The notes under the pieces were generated by a model. It was not told the DNA's origin, did no database searches, and saw only the letters and a program-made list of their open reading frames with translations. A stretch of DNA of 64,000 nt from Octopus vulgaris (taxonomy: Eukaryota): assembly GCA_951406725.2 (NCBI GenBank), contig OX597819.1, positions 57,784,001 to 57,848,000 of the forward strand, in the 5' to 3' direction. Made by a program: the position numbers and the translations under genes. Positions 42,987-56,330 of the stretch are shown piece by piece; within the stretch, counting starts at the first letter, position 1, and each line of letters starts with the position of its first letter.

Positions 42987-43558
42987 CGTCACGTTATTCT
43001 TTTGCTATCTATACAGACTATTTCTGATTATTTTTCTATTTACTTAAGAGAACAATAATATCCGTTTCTCATCTTAAGCTAAGGTTTTCATATAAATATA
43101 CTACAGTGTTTAATCCATTATACTTACTATACAAAGTATTTCCTGATAGCATTCCGATATTGATATACTGGTTTTTGTTATGTATGTGACAACCTATAAA
43201 ACACATTACAAACTTTAAGGGAAATCACTTACTACACGAATGCCTTCTTATAGACTCAAGGCCACCCATTTCCAAGGCAGTAAGAAATACAAAATGAAGC
43301 ATTTGTAATTTAGGAGCTGATATTAACAACGTAATTGAAGAGAAATAACTGCTTTAGTCATTCACAACAGGTAATTTTGATACATTGTGTTCCTTTATTG
43401 TTGCTTCAACAACATGAAATGCACATTCTAAATCAAGATAAATAATCTACTGAGAAGCTCCAGTCTATTTATACTTGTTTGGTTATATGTATGAAACCTC
43501 CTTTTAAAAAGATGCTTTCGTACGTCAGGCATACAATATGTCTCTATCTGGCAAGTAA

Positions 43559-43644
<86 letters not shown>

Positions 43645-44154
43645 GCATACATACAGGCATACAGAGCCTTGTATCTTTGTTGGAAACCAGCTCCCTCCTC
43701 AGTGGAAGATTTATAATAATTAAAACATAGAAGAGATACATACCTACATACTCTCTCGGGAGAATATACCCACAAATACAGAGATTCAAACGCGTATAGC
43801 ATTTCTGTATGTGCCTTTTTTGTATTTGTGTAGGCCTCTGTGTATATATGTGCATATGTGTCGGTGAGAGGAAGAGAGAAACACACACGGGCACGCAGAT
43901 TTTCATTAGGGGCTTCCTTTGCCATCAGTCATTTCCGATACATTGACTGATTCATAAGCGTCGTGCCTGCACACACTCATACACACACACATACATAAAC
44001 ACACACACACCCGCACAAACACACACACACACATACAGGCATACACGCGCGCGCGCATACACACATATTTAAATATATGTCTGCATGCGTGTGCACATCT
44101 ATATCTATTCAAATCCCTCTCTCCAAGTATGTGTGTGTGTTCATGCATGCGTGC

Positions 44155-44196
<42 letters not shown>

Positions 44197-44298
44197 TCGG
44201 GGTGAATACTTGATAATTATAAGCACCTGTGTATACCGTTTGGTGGTGTAGGTGGTGGAGTAAATTGATCAAAATAAAAACATGATGCGAAGGATTCA

Positions 44299-44376
44299 GC
44301 GGTACATATGTTTCGGGCCTTTATTAGACAGATTTATAACAATGCATAATGTATGTCTGTGGCCTTCTTCAGCCGC
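44299..44376 (-). ncRNA. type I hammerhead ribozyme motif (left arm)
   Basis: gcgg-CTGAAGA-aggcc..ggccc-GAAA-catatg-TA-ccgc. Stem I gcgg/ccgc and palindromic stem III acatatgt. Confidence 0.75.
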
Positions 44377-44519
44377 GCACAACAGCTTCCACAAGGACAT
44401 GTGTTACATCAAAAATTCTTCTATGCTGCTGCCGCATTATGTCGTACGCGAATGAGAGGATTTGCATCCCCAACCAAGAATTTTTGATGTAACACATGTC
44501 CTTGTGGAAGCTGTTGTGC

Positions 44520-44597
44520 GCGGCTGAAGAAGGCCACAGACATACATTATGCATTGTTATAAATCTGTCTAATAAAGGCCCGAAACATAAGTACCGC
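44520..44597 (+). ncRNA. type I hammerhead ribozyme motif (right arm)
   Basis: gcgg-CTGAAGA-aggcc..ggccc-GAAA-cataag-TA-ccgc. Confidence 0.7.
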
Positions 44598-44628
44598 TGA
44601 ATCCTTCGCATCATGTTTTTATTTTGAT

Positions 44629-44662
<34 letters not shown>

Positions 44663-45036
44663 TTGTGTGTGTGTGTGTTTGTGTGTGTGAGGGTGTGGTT
44701 GAAGTGCTGCCTGTCCTTTGTCGTCAAGAGCGAAGCAGTCTAATACTAGACCAACAGCTTGTGAGAAAGAAAGAGACTGTGGTGTCCATCTGAAAGGTTT
44801 CCGATTGAATTGATTTCCGGTACTGTCTTGAAAAAGGTATCCTTTAGTATTGCGTCAGTCTTCATACTGAATCTAGTTCCATCATCGCGAAGACAGAGAG
44901 AGTGATGGTATTGTCATCCTACACAGCAGTGAATGACTTCCAGCATGCAAACAACGGGGCACATACAAACACGCACCCGCGCGGGCACACACACACACAC
45001 CCACACATTCACACAATTATATATATATATACATAC

Positions 45037-45083
<47 letters not shown>

Positions 45084-45099
45084 TACTTGTATATATTTG

Positions 45100-45130
<31 letters not shown>

Positions 45131-45131
<1 letters not shown>

Positions 45132-45211
45132 AAAGGTCTCAAAATGACCGAAACCGGTACTGAAATGTTCACTATAAAATTATTTTAGCATTTTCTATTT
45201 TTTACTTGTTT

Positions 45212-45220
<9 letters not shown>
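45131..45220 (+). repeat. solo partial copy of the 40.3-40.6 kb arm between (TA)n tracts
   Basis: aaaaggtctcaaaatgaccgaaaccggtactgaaatgttc..ttttttcata matches 40565-40651. Confidence 0.9.
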
Positions 45221-45266
<46 letters not shown>

Positions 45267-45451
45267 TTCAGCAAAATTTAGATTCAAATGAATATGGTAC
45301 TTAAGTTAGATGCACCAGTATTTTGTATGGTGTTATCCATAAAAAAAAAAACAGTTTAAAACTGTTGTAATACTTACAATATTTAATAAAATGATGTAGC
45401 GTGAAACGATCGTACCAAATTACCGGAGATATTCTTGTTGCTTATTTTGAC

Positions 45452-45495
<44 letters not shown>

Positions 45496-45814
45496 AATTT
45501 CGGGATGGTCGTTTTTTTAAACACACGCACAAATGCGGTCTTCATTCGTTTATCACTGTTTTTATTCTAACTCATGTCCATTGTCCGGAAATCTTCGTCA
45601 CACATCTGTGACTTCCTCAGTGAGACTTTTTGTCTTCAGGTGCCCTCGTGGTCTGCTTATTCCATTCTGTTTTTCTATGATGTGTATCGTTATATACGCA
45701 TGCATCTGTCTTTCTGTGTGTGTGTGTGTGTTTATGTGTGTGTGCGTGTCATTGTTCTTAGTAACACTATGACCTTCTCCTCAGCTCTGCTCCCTATTCC
45801 ATTGCCGCTGCTGC

Positions 45815-46186
45815 TGTTGAGTGAACGGTATTCGACCCAGAGCTCGCAATATGGGAGAAGTCCGAAACGTGGTCCTTTGCTATTCGTAAGACCCGCAGAA
45901 GAGAAAGCAGGTCAACCCCCGACAACGAGAGCATCGACGGATCGATGAATGCGCATACAGGCTCAGCGATTGCGTAGGAAGTCGGGGACAAGGAACAGGA
46001 AGAAAGAGTGAGAGAAAGTTTTGGGGAAAGAGTACAATAGGTGTTGCCACCACCCCCTGCCGGAGCATCGTGGAGCTTTAGGTGTTTTCGCTCAATAAAC
46101 ACACGCAACGCCCGGTCTTGGAATCGAAACTGCGATCCTCCGACCGCGTGTCCGCTGCCCTAACCACTGGGCCATTGCGCCTCTAC
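45815..46186 (-). mobile_element. tRNA-derived SINE with 12 bp TSD
   Basis: Head ggcgcaatggcccagtggttagggcagcgg..gtttcgattcc. TSD tgccgctgctgc (45803-45814 / 46187-46198). Confidence 0.82.
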
Positions 46187-46459
46187 TGCCGCTGCTGCCT
46201 TTGAGCCCGATTTTTTGTACAGTTCCTGTAACTTGCTGTACATGTGTGTTCGCCCACGCTGCTGCCATCGCGGTTGATATTTTTGTTGTTATTGCCATCG
46301 TTGTTAGTCGTGTTGTCGTCAATTCTGTAGCCGTCTGTAAAGTTACCGTATGTGTGTTTGTGTGTGTATATGGGTTCGCTTCCTCTGTTGTTTGTATCCG
46401 TGCCCTTTACACAATTTTTTTAATGTTTTTTTTTATTTCTTAATATTTAGTATAGGTAT

Positions 46460-46852
46460 AAGGCGGCAAGCTGGCAGAAACGTTAGCACACCGGGCGAAA
46501 TGCTTAGCAGTATTTCGTCTGCGCTACGTTGAGAGTTCAAATTCCGCCGAGGTCGACTTTACCTTTCATCCTTTCGGGGTCGATTAAATAAGTACCAGTT
46601 ACGCACTGGGGTCAATGTAATCGACTTAATCCGTTTGTTTGTCCTCTCTGTGTTTAACCCCTTGTGAGTAGTAAAGAAATAGGTATTTCGTCTGTCTTTA
46701 CATTCTGAGTTCAAATTCCGCCGAGGTCAACTTTGCATTTCATCCTTTCGAGGTCAATAGATTTAAGTACCAGTTGCGTACTGGGGGTCTATCTAATCGA
46801 CTGGTACCCTCTCCAAAAATTTCGGGCCTTGTTCCTAGAGTAGAAAAGAATA
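46460..46852 (+). mobile_element. SINE family A, dimeric form
   Basis: Full head, two cores and tagaaaagaat tail. Confidence 0.88.
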
Positions 46853-47020
46853 TTTATTATAGGTATGTGCATATATGTCTATTGTATGTGTATTACGCAG
46901 TTTGTATCTTTATTTTCTTCTTCTCCCTTTAGTCTTTAGTCTTTAGTCATTAAGTTGTGTGGTGTGGGCGTTATTGTTCCATTTGTTGCAACACAAATTC
47001 ATATACATGTGTGTGTGTAT

Positions 47021-47062
<42 letters not shown>

Positions 47063-47376
47063 GCATGTATGTGTGTATGTGGCTGTATGTATGAATATTA
47101 TTGACAGTGACTTCGAAGTTTCAGCCAGCTGAGTCATTGCTGAACGTTCCAACGATGGCTTAGCTGACAACAACATTCTTTTATAAGAATAAATAAAGTT
47201 GTACACCACAAAAGTATAGAGTGACCCATCGGTTTAATGTAAAATTGTTTTTATTATAACTGAGCATGAGAAAAAACGTAAATACACACACTCACACACA
47301 CACAGACACACAGTGAAAAAGAGAGAGAGAGAGTGAGAATTAATGTATAATATGTAATCTGTAATATATATGTAAA

Positions 47377-47708
47377 GCGCATGGCTCAGTGGTTAGAGCG
47401 TAGAGCTTACGATCATGATGTTGTGAGTTCGATTCCCGAACCGGGCTGTGTGTTGTGTTCTTGAGCAAGACACTTTATTTCACGTTGTTCCAGTTAACTC
47501 AGCTGTAGAAATGAGTTGCGAGGTCACTGGTGCCAAGCTGTATCGGTATTTGCCTTTCCCTTGGATAACATCAGTGGTGTGGAGAGGAGAGGCTGGTATG
47601 CTTGGGCGACTGCTAGCCTTCCACAAACAATCTTGCCCTCACTTGTGCCTCGGAGGGTAACTTTCTAGGTGTAATCCCATGGTCACTGATGACCGAAGGG
47701 TGTCTCCT
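47377..47708 (+). mobile_element. SINE family C (tRNA-derived head)
   Basis: A box tggctcagtggttag and B box gagttcgattccc, then ttgagcaagacactttatttcacgttg. Related copies at ~17200-17330 and ~57850-58118. Confidence 0.8.
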
Positions 47709-48042
47709 CAATACATGTAATGCATAATATATGTAATGTATAGATAGAACAATCAAACAATAAGATGTATAGTTACATGACTTTATATAGATTGAGAAGA
47801 TATAGAGTGTGTGTGAGAGAGAAAGAAAGGAAAGAAACCAAAGAAACAGATAAAACACCTCACTTTGTATACATGTGTAAATGATGTTACATGTATATAG
47901 AACTCTAACTCCAGTGTATGATCATACGTATTAGAGATGTGTATCTGTGTGTTTCTTAGTGTGTGTGTGTGTGTGTGTGTGTGAGGCATACACCACACCA
48001 GCTCATTAGAATAAGAGCGTGTGTACCTTAGGTCCTCTGTAT

Positions 48043-48376
48043 AAAATTAATTTCCCTAAAGATAAAATGTAACTAAGACTCCATGACACTTTATTAACCA
48101 GATTTCTATCACAGCTGTCAGCTCACAATGCATGGTGACCGCCAGAATCATAGAAAACATAGCAATACATAAATGTACACAATGAAACGGGACAAGCTGC
48201 ATGCATCTGAAGTGACAAGGCTAGCTTAATTCTGAATAAAGGTCAAAACTATGTATGAAATACAATATTTAATTAATCATCGTACAGTTTATCAAAAATG
48301 ATTAGCTTAAAGCGAGAATGGCTGGCTGATAAAAATCAGTTATCAACTAATTGTGGAAGACAAAAAAAATATCTGC
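48043..48376. repeat. local duplicated non-coding block B, copy 1
   Basis: Shares aaattaatttc, catagaaaac, tgacaag, gaataaaggtcaa, atgaaatacaatattt and attagcttaaagcgag in order with 55056-55381. Confidence 0.8.
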
Positions 48377-49347
48377 GTTCATTAATTAGATATCCGATAA
48401 TAATTGGGAGACCTCTGCGTATATATATATATATATACTCACACACATACATTCATACGTACATATATATAGACATATATATGTATGTATGTATGTATAC
48501 ATGTACATGTATGTGTGTAAACATAAATATATATATCATATACATATATGCATATAAGTATATTTGCATACACGTTTGTATATATATATGTGCGTGTGTC
48601 TGTGTGTGTGTATCTATGTATGTATGTATGTATGTATGTATACACATTCATGGATGATGTCGAAATCTATTCCTTTGTATATGTTTGTATGTCTGTGTAC
48701 GTTCACGCTGCGTGCTTCAGAGTCTCTATGTGTTCGCGGGGCATCAATATGTGTGTGCGTGTATCTGAGTGTGTGTGTGTTGTGCATTTGCTTGTGTGTG
48801 TGTGTGTAATAGGCACGAATGCAAAATATAATAAACAATATTAATGAATGGCAAAATAGTTTAGTCTAAGAACGCCACACGAAAAGTCTGTTAAGTTTTG
48901 GTATCGTAATAATTAAAATGACAGTTTTGAGGGGAAAGGGGTTAATCAACTCCAGTAGTTGACTGCCACCTTATTATATTGACTCAGAATGAATGATAGG
49001 CATTGTTTGCCCAGACTGGAACTGAACTATGCATGCATGCATGCATGCATGTATGTATGTATGTATGTATGTATGTATGTATGTATGTATGTATGCATGT
49101 ATGTGCATGTATGTATGTATAGAATGTGAGCGGTTTAGTTCACTTGTGATCTGAAAGAATGGATATGCTGGGTGAGGGCTATATTTAGTCGTGCGTTAGA
49201 TTCCAAGTTCACAGCTGAGACCGGATCTACGGATCCGTATTAAGGTTCCGTTATGGCAGGTATATATTATATTAGAGGAAGAGCAAAACCAAAGCACGAG
49301 TATCTTAAGTCATTTAGAATGATTTAATTAGAGTAATGTGAATTTGA

Positions 49348-49424
49348 AGTCTTACAGCCGTTTCTGTGATAACGCAAGTGGTAGGTTAGCATATTCACGT
49401 AGTGGGTATTCCGTCATCAGAGCC
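49348..49424 (-). ncRNA. hammerhead motif with extended stem II
   Basis: ggct-CTGATGA-cggaatacc..ttatcaca-GAAA-cggctg-TA-agac. Confidence 0.5.
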
Positions 49425-50109
49425 ACGGCATGAATATTTTAAAGAGGGAAAATTTATAGTTTACAAGGAATAAAATATATTCATAGTTTATAAGGAATAG
49501 AACAGAAAATAAAGAGTAAATGTAAAATGCAGGCCAGAGAATAATGTTCACAACTCATCTTCTTCCAGAAGATATGGATGTTGGTCGGTACTTTCGTGAA
49601 AGCACAGGTCCTTAGTTATAACACCAGGTAAATCTAGACGGTATTTTGGCAGTATTTTAAATGATGTATTCATATTGAAGTAATAGATAGTAAGTAAACC
49701 TGTATATAAACCGAGAATTTAAGATAGGCATAAATGGGTTTTGTGAATGGGTGTAGATGGGAGAGAGATGAAAGAGAGAAAGAAAGAGTGGAGAAAGGAA
49801 TAAAACTAAGACAGGGATAAAAGGGTAAAAATAAGAATAAAAATAAAAAATAAAATAAAAGTAAAGATAATGATAGAGATATGTCAGCATTGCATCGGGG
49901 TGAGAGGTCAAACGTTAAAGTTTCACTAAAGTATGGAGTGGAGGGCCAATCTAAGTAAGGTCACAAAAGACAATAGTTTACTGCGCATATTTAAAATTAT
50001 ATTTCAAACTTAATAAAAATTAAAACTTAAAAGCTAAGCTTAATATTACAAACTAAGAAAACTAAAACCTAAAAACTACAAAAACTGAAAATTATTGAAA
50101 AGAAACTAG

Positions 50110-50158
<49 letters not shown>

Positions 50159-50887
50159 ACACGCGAAACACTTCATAATCTCTCTCTACAGGAGGATACA
50201 CCAAGTTAACAAATTGTCCTGTGATAGATGTGAGAATCTAAAAATCCTAATTGAACGCCAGTCGAATTACTTTTTAAAGTAATTATTTTTTAAACATTTA
50301 TTATTTGTGGGTAATGTTTGTGGATGTGTGTGTGTCTGCGCGCGGGTTATACGTGTGTGTTAATGATATAGACGGATAGCTTGAAGTATATATGCATGTA
50401 CTAATGAAAGGTAAGAGAACACGAATCACATAATAGACTCTGTTGGCTTACAGCTGGCTTACATACTTTTATTTCTTAATTTTCCCGCGATTGCTTTTGT
50501 ACATATTCCTATCACATACCACACACGCTGGCAAATTTGTTTGGCACTCAACAGTAGTTGAAAAAAAAAAGAAAGAAAAATGATCGGGAGTGTATAAAAT
50601 ATGCATGTTGGTGTTAAGGGAGGCAACTCCCTTAATATAGTCGATTGTGCAACCAAAGAAAAGCGATTTCTCACGGCTTTATCGATCGCATTCTTTACCT
50701 GGAATCGATTTTTGTAATTTTTCGAAGACTTATGCACGCCCTGATACCCTCGATATCTACATATCAAATTTGGGTGCAAGCGGATGGAGGATGCCCGAGA
50801 TCCGAGAACATACACACACACTCATAGAAATAGATGCATAAAGATATTACAGAACCGATTTTATATAAGTGATATACATATGTATAG

Positions 50888-51125
<238 letters not shown>

Positions 51126-51369
51126 TGATATTATTTTGAATTCATCTGTGTTCGGTAGCTTATATTGGTAAACAAATTTATAATAATGGCGAAAACACCA
51201 AAAGCTGTTGATAGACCCTTGCTACTCTTCTCATCGCAAATGCTGATGACCAGAAATTTTTCTGATTGAAACTTGCGAGCCTAGATATTTCTTCAGAAAT
51301 TTCCGCAACAAAAATATAATGCATCAAACATATGTATATGAAAGATGATCAACGTGTTTAAACGTACAT

Positions 51370-52080
51370 TATACATAAGTAAAAATGAATTCTCTGAGTA
51401 GAAGAACAATACCGTATCAAAAGCAACTGTATGAGGCCAATTTTATTTCTTCTATCAATCTCCAAGTCAATTCAGCAAAACAACAATGGTAAAATAGTAT
51501 TAATTTATCCTATTTTGAAATCAGAAATGTCTGTTTTATTGTATGTTTTATTGACGCCAGGATTGTATTAAACGACCACGATAAAACAATGGATATTTCA
51601 AAGCTAAAGTTTCTGGCAAATTAGGACGAATTAACAAATGAATATACATTGCCAAATGTTTAGCGAGATATCTACGTTTGAAAACAGAGGCGCTTCGTTC
51701 ATCCATCAAAAAGCCCAAATAAATAATTATGTGACTTCTTATGATTCTATTGATAGATTACTAATATAATTTATTGATAGATAGATAATACATTACGAGA
51801 TTACTTATTGATATTTAACGGTTTGAAAGATATTTGCTTCACACTCTCCGGAAATCTAGACTCAATCGAAGTCGATATCTATTTTATGGTAGACGCATAG
51901 ACTAATTTACCAGAAATATTTCATTATGCATTACACAGACAAATCGTCGTCAAATCATCATTGTACCATTTTCACAAAATTTCCCTTGATGTAGAAAATA
52001 TTGCTTGGTGCTTCAGTGATTTGATGATAAGAAAAGAGTTTAGATGAAATGTAAAACAAAAATGTGTCTTGAAAATTTGC
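51370..52080. repeat. block A, copy 2 (same orientation)
   Basis: Same core at 51595-51887, with more diverged homology on both sides. Confidence 0.9.
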
Positions 52081-52964
52081 AATAAATGTTATAATATAGT
52101 GTTTTACAACTAAGAATGACAGGGGAAAAATTTTTTGATCGCGATTAGATATAGGTCCTGTGAATTTTTAACCACATCATTTCTACTTAGTGGCTATAAA
52201 AACCCATTATAAACAAGGGTATAGATCATGTGCTGAAAAGATTTTATTTTCTTTTCATCATTTTAGGCACAGTATCACGTTATGTTTAAGAGAAAAGGAT
52301 TTATTAGGAATGGGAAAATACATTATGAGCCGTTAGTAACTTCGTAATTAAAGAGAAATAAACCAGTGAGTTATTGAACGCTGATAATATTCCTGACTCA
52401 GCATAAAACGTAAGTGTTTATTTAACAGAGCAAATCGTAAATTAACAGGTGAGGACCTCTGTAAGTTTCCCACCAAGACAATGCTGCTTGATCATGTGTT
52501 TCACACTCATACCAGCCTGTTTTGATTTTATGCATACATCAACGAGGTTTCTGTATATCTCAATGAAACAAACACACAATAGTATGCATGACTGTTAAAT
52601 ACAAATTCAATCAGATACGCAGATGCATGCATACATGTGTGTGTGTGCATGCGTGTGTGTGTGTGTGTGTATGTGTGCGTGTGTGTGTGTGTGTGTGTGT
52701 TTGTGTGTGCGTGTGTATGTGTGTGTGTGTGAACATCAATTTGGTATTCTCTTTATTTAATTTGCAAGGTGAAAAGTTGAAATTCTTGCGATATTTGTGC
52801 CGGTTATCACTGCTGCCGGCTCTCCCAGCTCCGAATCCACAAAGCTATCTGATATACATTAGAGTTGTATATAAAGAGATGATAAATAAAGTAACTGTCA
52901 TGTATGGCAAATGATTCAATTCTCTTTCCAGCCCCTTCCCATTCTTTCTTTCTTTCTCTCTCTT

Positions 52965-53014
<50 letters not shown>

Positions 53015-53154
53015 GATCTCTGAATCAGCTGAGTTCTACTGGTCAAAATAGGTCTCTCTCGCTATCGCGTAAAAGAGGAAAGGTTGTCTGAGACAGAAAT
53101 TGAAGTAGAGTGCAACCATTGAAATACTTTCTACATGTAATCGACTACTTGTGA

Positions 53155-54729
53155 AGAGCAGCGTAGTCGATTACATGGACCCCAGTGCTCAACTAGTATT
53201 TATTTCATCGACACAGGAAGGATGAAAGAGGCAAATTAGACCCCGTCGCCTTTTAAAATCAGAACAAAAAGCTGGACGACATGCCGCTAATCATGTTTAC
53301 GATTCTGTCAGCGCACCGCGTACGAGCGCAATCATAATTATAAAAAAGTTTCAAATTTTTGTAGAAGGTCAGCAAGTAAAAGGTAGGTAGATCGATTACA
53401 TCGAACCCTGTGCTGATCTGGTACTTATGTTAGTTTGAAGCACTCTGTCGGTTACTATGACGACGGTCCCAGCTGATGTGATCAATGGAACAGTCTGCTC
53501 GTGAAATTAACGTGCAAATGGTTGAGTACTCCACAGATACGTGTAGCTTTCACGGTGTTCGCAGGGAGATTCAGCGTAACAAAGAGTGTGACAAGGCTGG
53601 CCCTTTGAAATACAGGTACGAGTCATTTTTCTCCAGTTGAGTGGACTGGTGCAACGTGAAATAAAGTGTCTCGCTGAAGGACGTAACGCGTCGCCGGGAA
53701 TTGAACTCACGACGTTACGATCGTGAGCCGAATGCCCTAACCACTAACCCATGCGCCTTATGTTATATATCCCGAAAGAATGAAAAGTAAAGTCAAAATC
53801 AGCAGAATTTGAACTCAAAATATCATGAGCAGGAAGAAATTCCATTAAGCTCTTTATCCGATATGTTTACAATTCTGCCAGCTCATCTCCGTAAACTAGT
53901 TTCAAATTTTGACCCAAGGCCAGCAATTCTAGGGAGAGGGAGTAGGTCGATTACATCAGGTCCATGTTGGAGTAGTAGTTATCTTATCGACCTCGAAAGT
54001 ATGACAGGCAAAGTTGGCATCTGTGTTATTAGAACTCACTACTTTAAGAACTGGCAGAAATGCCACTAACCATTCTATCTAACACTCTGACGATTCTACC
54101 AAATAATCCTTTCTACTATAAAGTCCTGAAATTGGGGGCGGGGGATAGTCGATCACATCGACCCCAGTACGCAACTGGTACTTGATTTATCCACCCCGAA
54201 AGGATGAAAGGCAAAGTCAACCTCCGCGGAATTTGAACTCAGAACGTAGCGACGGGCGAAATATTGCTATGCATTTCGCCCGGCATGCTAACGATTCTGC
54301 CAGCTCGCCACCTTAATTCTAACACATGTTCCTTTCAATTATAGACACAAGGCCTGAAATTTTGAGGGGGGGGGGCTAGTCAATTAAATAGACCCCAGTA
54401 CGTAACTGGTACTTAATTTACCAATCTCGAACGGATGAAAGGCAAAGTCGACCTCGGCGGAATTAGAACATAGAATGTAGCGACTGGCGAAATACCTATT
54501 TCTTTACTACCCACAAGGGGCTAAACACAGAGAGGACAAACAAGGACAGACAAACGGATTAAGTCGATTATATCGACCCCACTGCGTAACTGGTACTTAA
54601 TTTATCGACCCCGAAAGGATGAAAGGCAAAGTCGACCTCGGCGGAATTTGAACTCAGTACGTAATGGCAGACGAAATACGGCTACGCATTTCGCCCTGCG
54701 TGCTAACGTTTGTGCCAGCTCGCCGCCTT
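53155..54729 (-). mobile_element. head-to-tail stack of about five SINE family A copies, one interrupted by a family C SINE
   Basis: Repeated gatgaaaggcaaagtcgacctcggcggaatttgaactcag units of differing divergence. Confidence 0.85.
53433..53756 (-). mobile_element. SINE family C-related, nested in a family A SINE
   Basis: Head gcgcatgggttagtggttagggcattcggctcacgatcg..gagttcaattccc. 9 bp TSD cttatgtta (53424-53432 / 53757-53765). Confidence 0.85.
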
Positions 54730-55055
54730 GACTTTACTAAATAATGATAGTAAAAATTGTAAGAAACTGTAAAAGAGGAATGTTTCATTCGCATATCTAT
54801 CTCTCCTCTGTTCAACCAGTGAGTCATACAACTACTAGACATGTATATGCGTGTGTGTATGTGTCTTCCTGTATGAATACACCTATGTATATATGTCGCA
54901 TATATCTATACATATGAATATTTCTTAAACATGCACATATATTTTTGCGTGAGGATATAGCATGTATATGCTTAAAGGTATTAATGATATTTATCCAACA
55001 TACTGCAAATCAACTCATTAGTACATAAACAGGTTTGCCGTAGGTTTTGCATGTC

Positions 55056-55381
55056 AAATTAATTTCTTCCAGAATGTAAATTCAGCTAGAACTTAATCTC
55101 ATCTTATTAAGGAGTGTTATATCTCAACTGTCACCTTACAAGATAGTGTGGCCGCTTGAAACATAGAAAACTGAAGAATATATGACAAGGTTAGCGAAGA
55201 AGGTCAAGATGATATATCTTAAATGACAAGCTTTGCTTAAGATTGAATAAAGGTCAATACCTTATATGAAATACAATATTTTAATTAATTCAACGTAAAG
55301 TTTATCAATAATTAGCTTAAAGCGAGTATACCTCGCTCATAAAGTCTGTTGCCAACTACTTTGATAGAAAAAAGCACCTGC
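55056..55381. repeat. block B, copy 2
   Basis: Colinear motifs with 48043-48376. Confidence 0.8.
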
Positions 55382-55574
55382 TTGCACAACATAAATGCCG
55401 GAGATTAATGTAAAGCCTGTATGTATTATTCGTTAATACATAAAATATTTAAAATAGTTAAATGTCTATTTCTGTGTATGAATGTATATTTGTCAATGTT
55501 CATTGCGTTGAACCAAAAGACACACACGAAATAAACAATCACACACTCACAAACACATGCACACGCACATGTAT

Positions 55575-55960
55575 AGATCACCCCTTGCTCATTTTTAATG
55601 TTGCCACACCCTTCCGGTATAATCACCCTCACCGGACACAACAACCGCACATTCCACATTTTGGACTGTTTTCGTTGCACCTCTACCAGCTTCATATGCG
55701 GGCTCCATGTTCCATTTGCTACTCGAACTACATGGGACAAAGTGGTCACCAGGTTTGCAGTGCGCTTCACAAATGTACAACTTGTCAATGGATCACCGAT
55801 TATTCATTTCTACTTCATCGACCATTCCACAAAACATATCTTCGGGTTGGCCTTCAAAATCTGATCTTCTACTTCTGACTTCCAGAGAAAGAGGTGCTTC
55901 CTTCACTTTTTCTAATCTGCGCCTCCGCTCCCACCACCTGGTCAAGTTTGACATACCCTT
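55575..55960 (+). mobile_element. Penelope-like element GIY-YIG endonuclease remnant
   Basis: Across frameshifts: ITLTGHNNRTFHILDCFRCTSTSFI / CSICYSNYMGQSG / RFAVRF..NGSP..HFY..DHS. This matches the F.C.S.N.IY.I.C..C...YIGQT..L..RF.EH..HF pattern. Confidence 0.7.
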
Positions 55961-56059
55961 CCGATGTTCTTCCTTCGCTTCCTTACTCTCCTACACAGCC
56001 CCGAATGCTTTTGTTTCCTCAGAATTTGTGATCTTTGTCACTATTGCAATACAAATGTC

Positions 56060-56330
56060 AGTACCAGATTCAAAACGATTTTGTTTGTGCACTTCTGCTT
56101 TAAAATGTTGATGATTTCATATTTAGACTTGTGGCTAATTTTCAAACGTTTTACCACTTCCTCAATAGAGAATTGTTTGTTTAAAAGAACTCTCTCCCCA
56201 AATTATTTAATGCTGTCATCGACATCAGAACAGTGCTTTGTTGTTTGTCTTTATGCGTGACGCTTGTATGATCATTTTCCAATTATTGAATCGATTGGTG
56301 GTTGGTCCATAACGACAAAACAACGCTTGC
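56060..56330 (-). mobile_element. mariner transposase remnant
   Basis: DDSIK*FGERVLLNKQFSIEEVVKRLKISHKSKYEII..EVHKQNR resembles the second-HTH region of mariner. Confidence 0.5.

Larger units (their letters stand above)
44264..44632. repeat. long inverted repeat: 157 bp arms (44264-44420 / 44476-44632), 55 bp spacer; Penelope-type inverted terminal structure
   Basis: The arms are reverse complements with a single mismatch seen (catatg vs cataag). Flanked by (TA)n. Confidence 0.95.

Noticed and set aside
47377-47450. tRNA genes (also 46110-46182 and 53690-53756)
   Set aside because: The A/B boxes continue into SINE bodies, two with clear TSDs, and there is no complete cloverleaf.
48106-48130. 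tatcacagc resembling a miR-2 family 5' end
   Set aside because: It is not conserved in the paralogous block B copy and I see no precursor hairpin.
55426-55878. Cys-rich ORFs as a TnpB/Fanzor zinc finger
   Set aside because: No RuvC motifs. The frameshifted pattern fits a Penelope GIY-YIG better.
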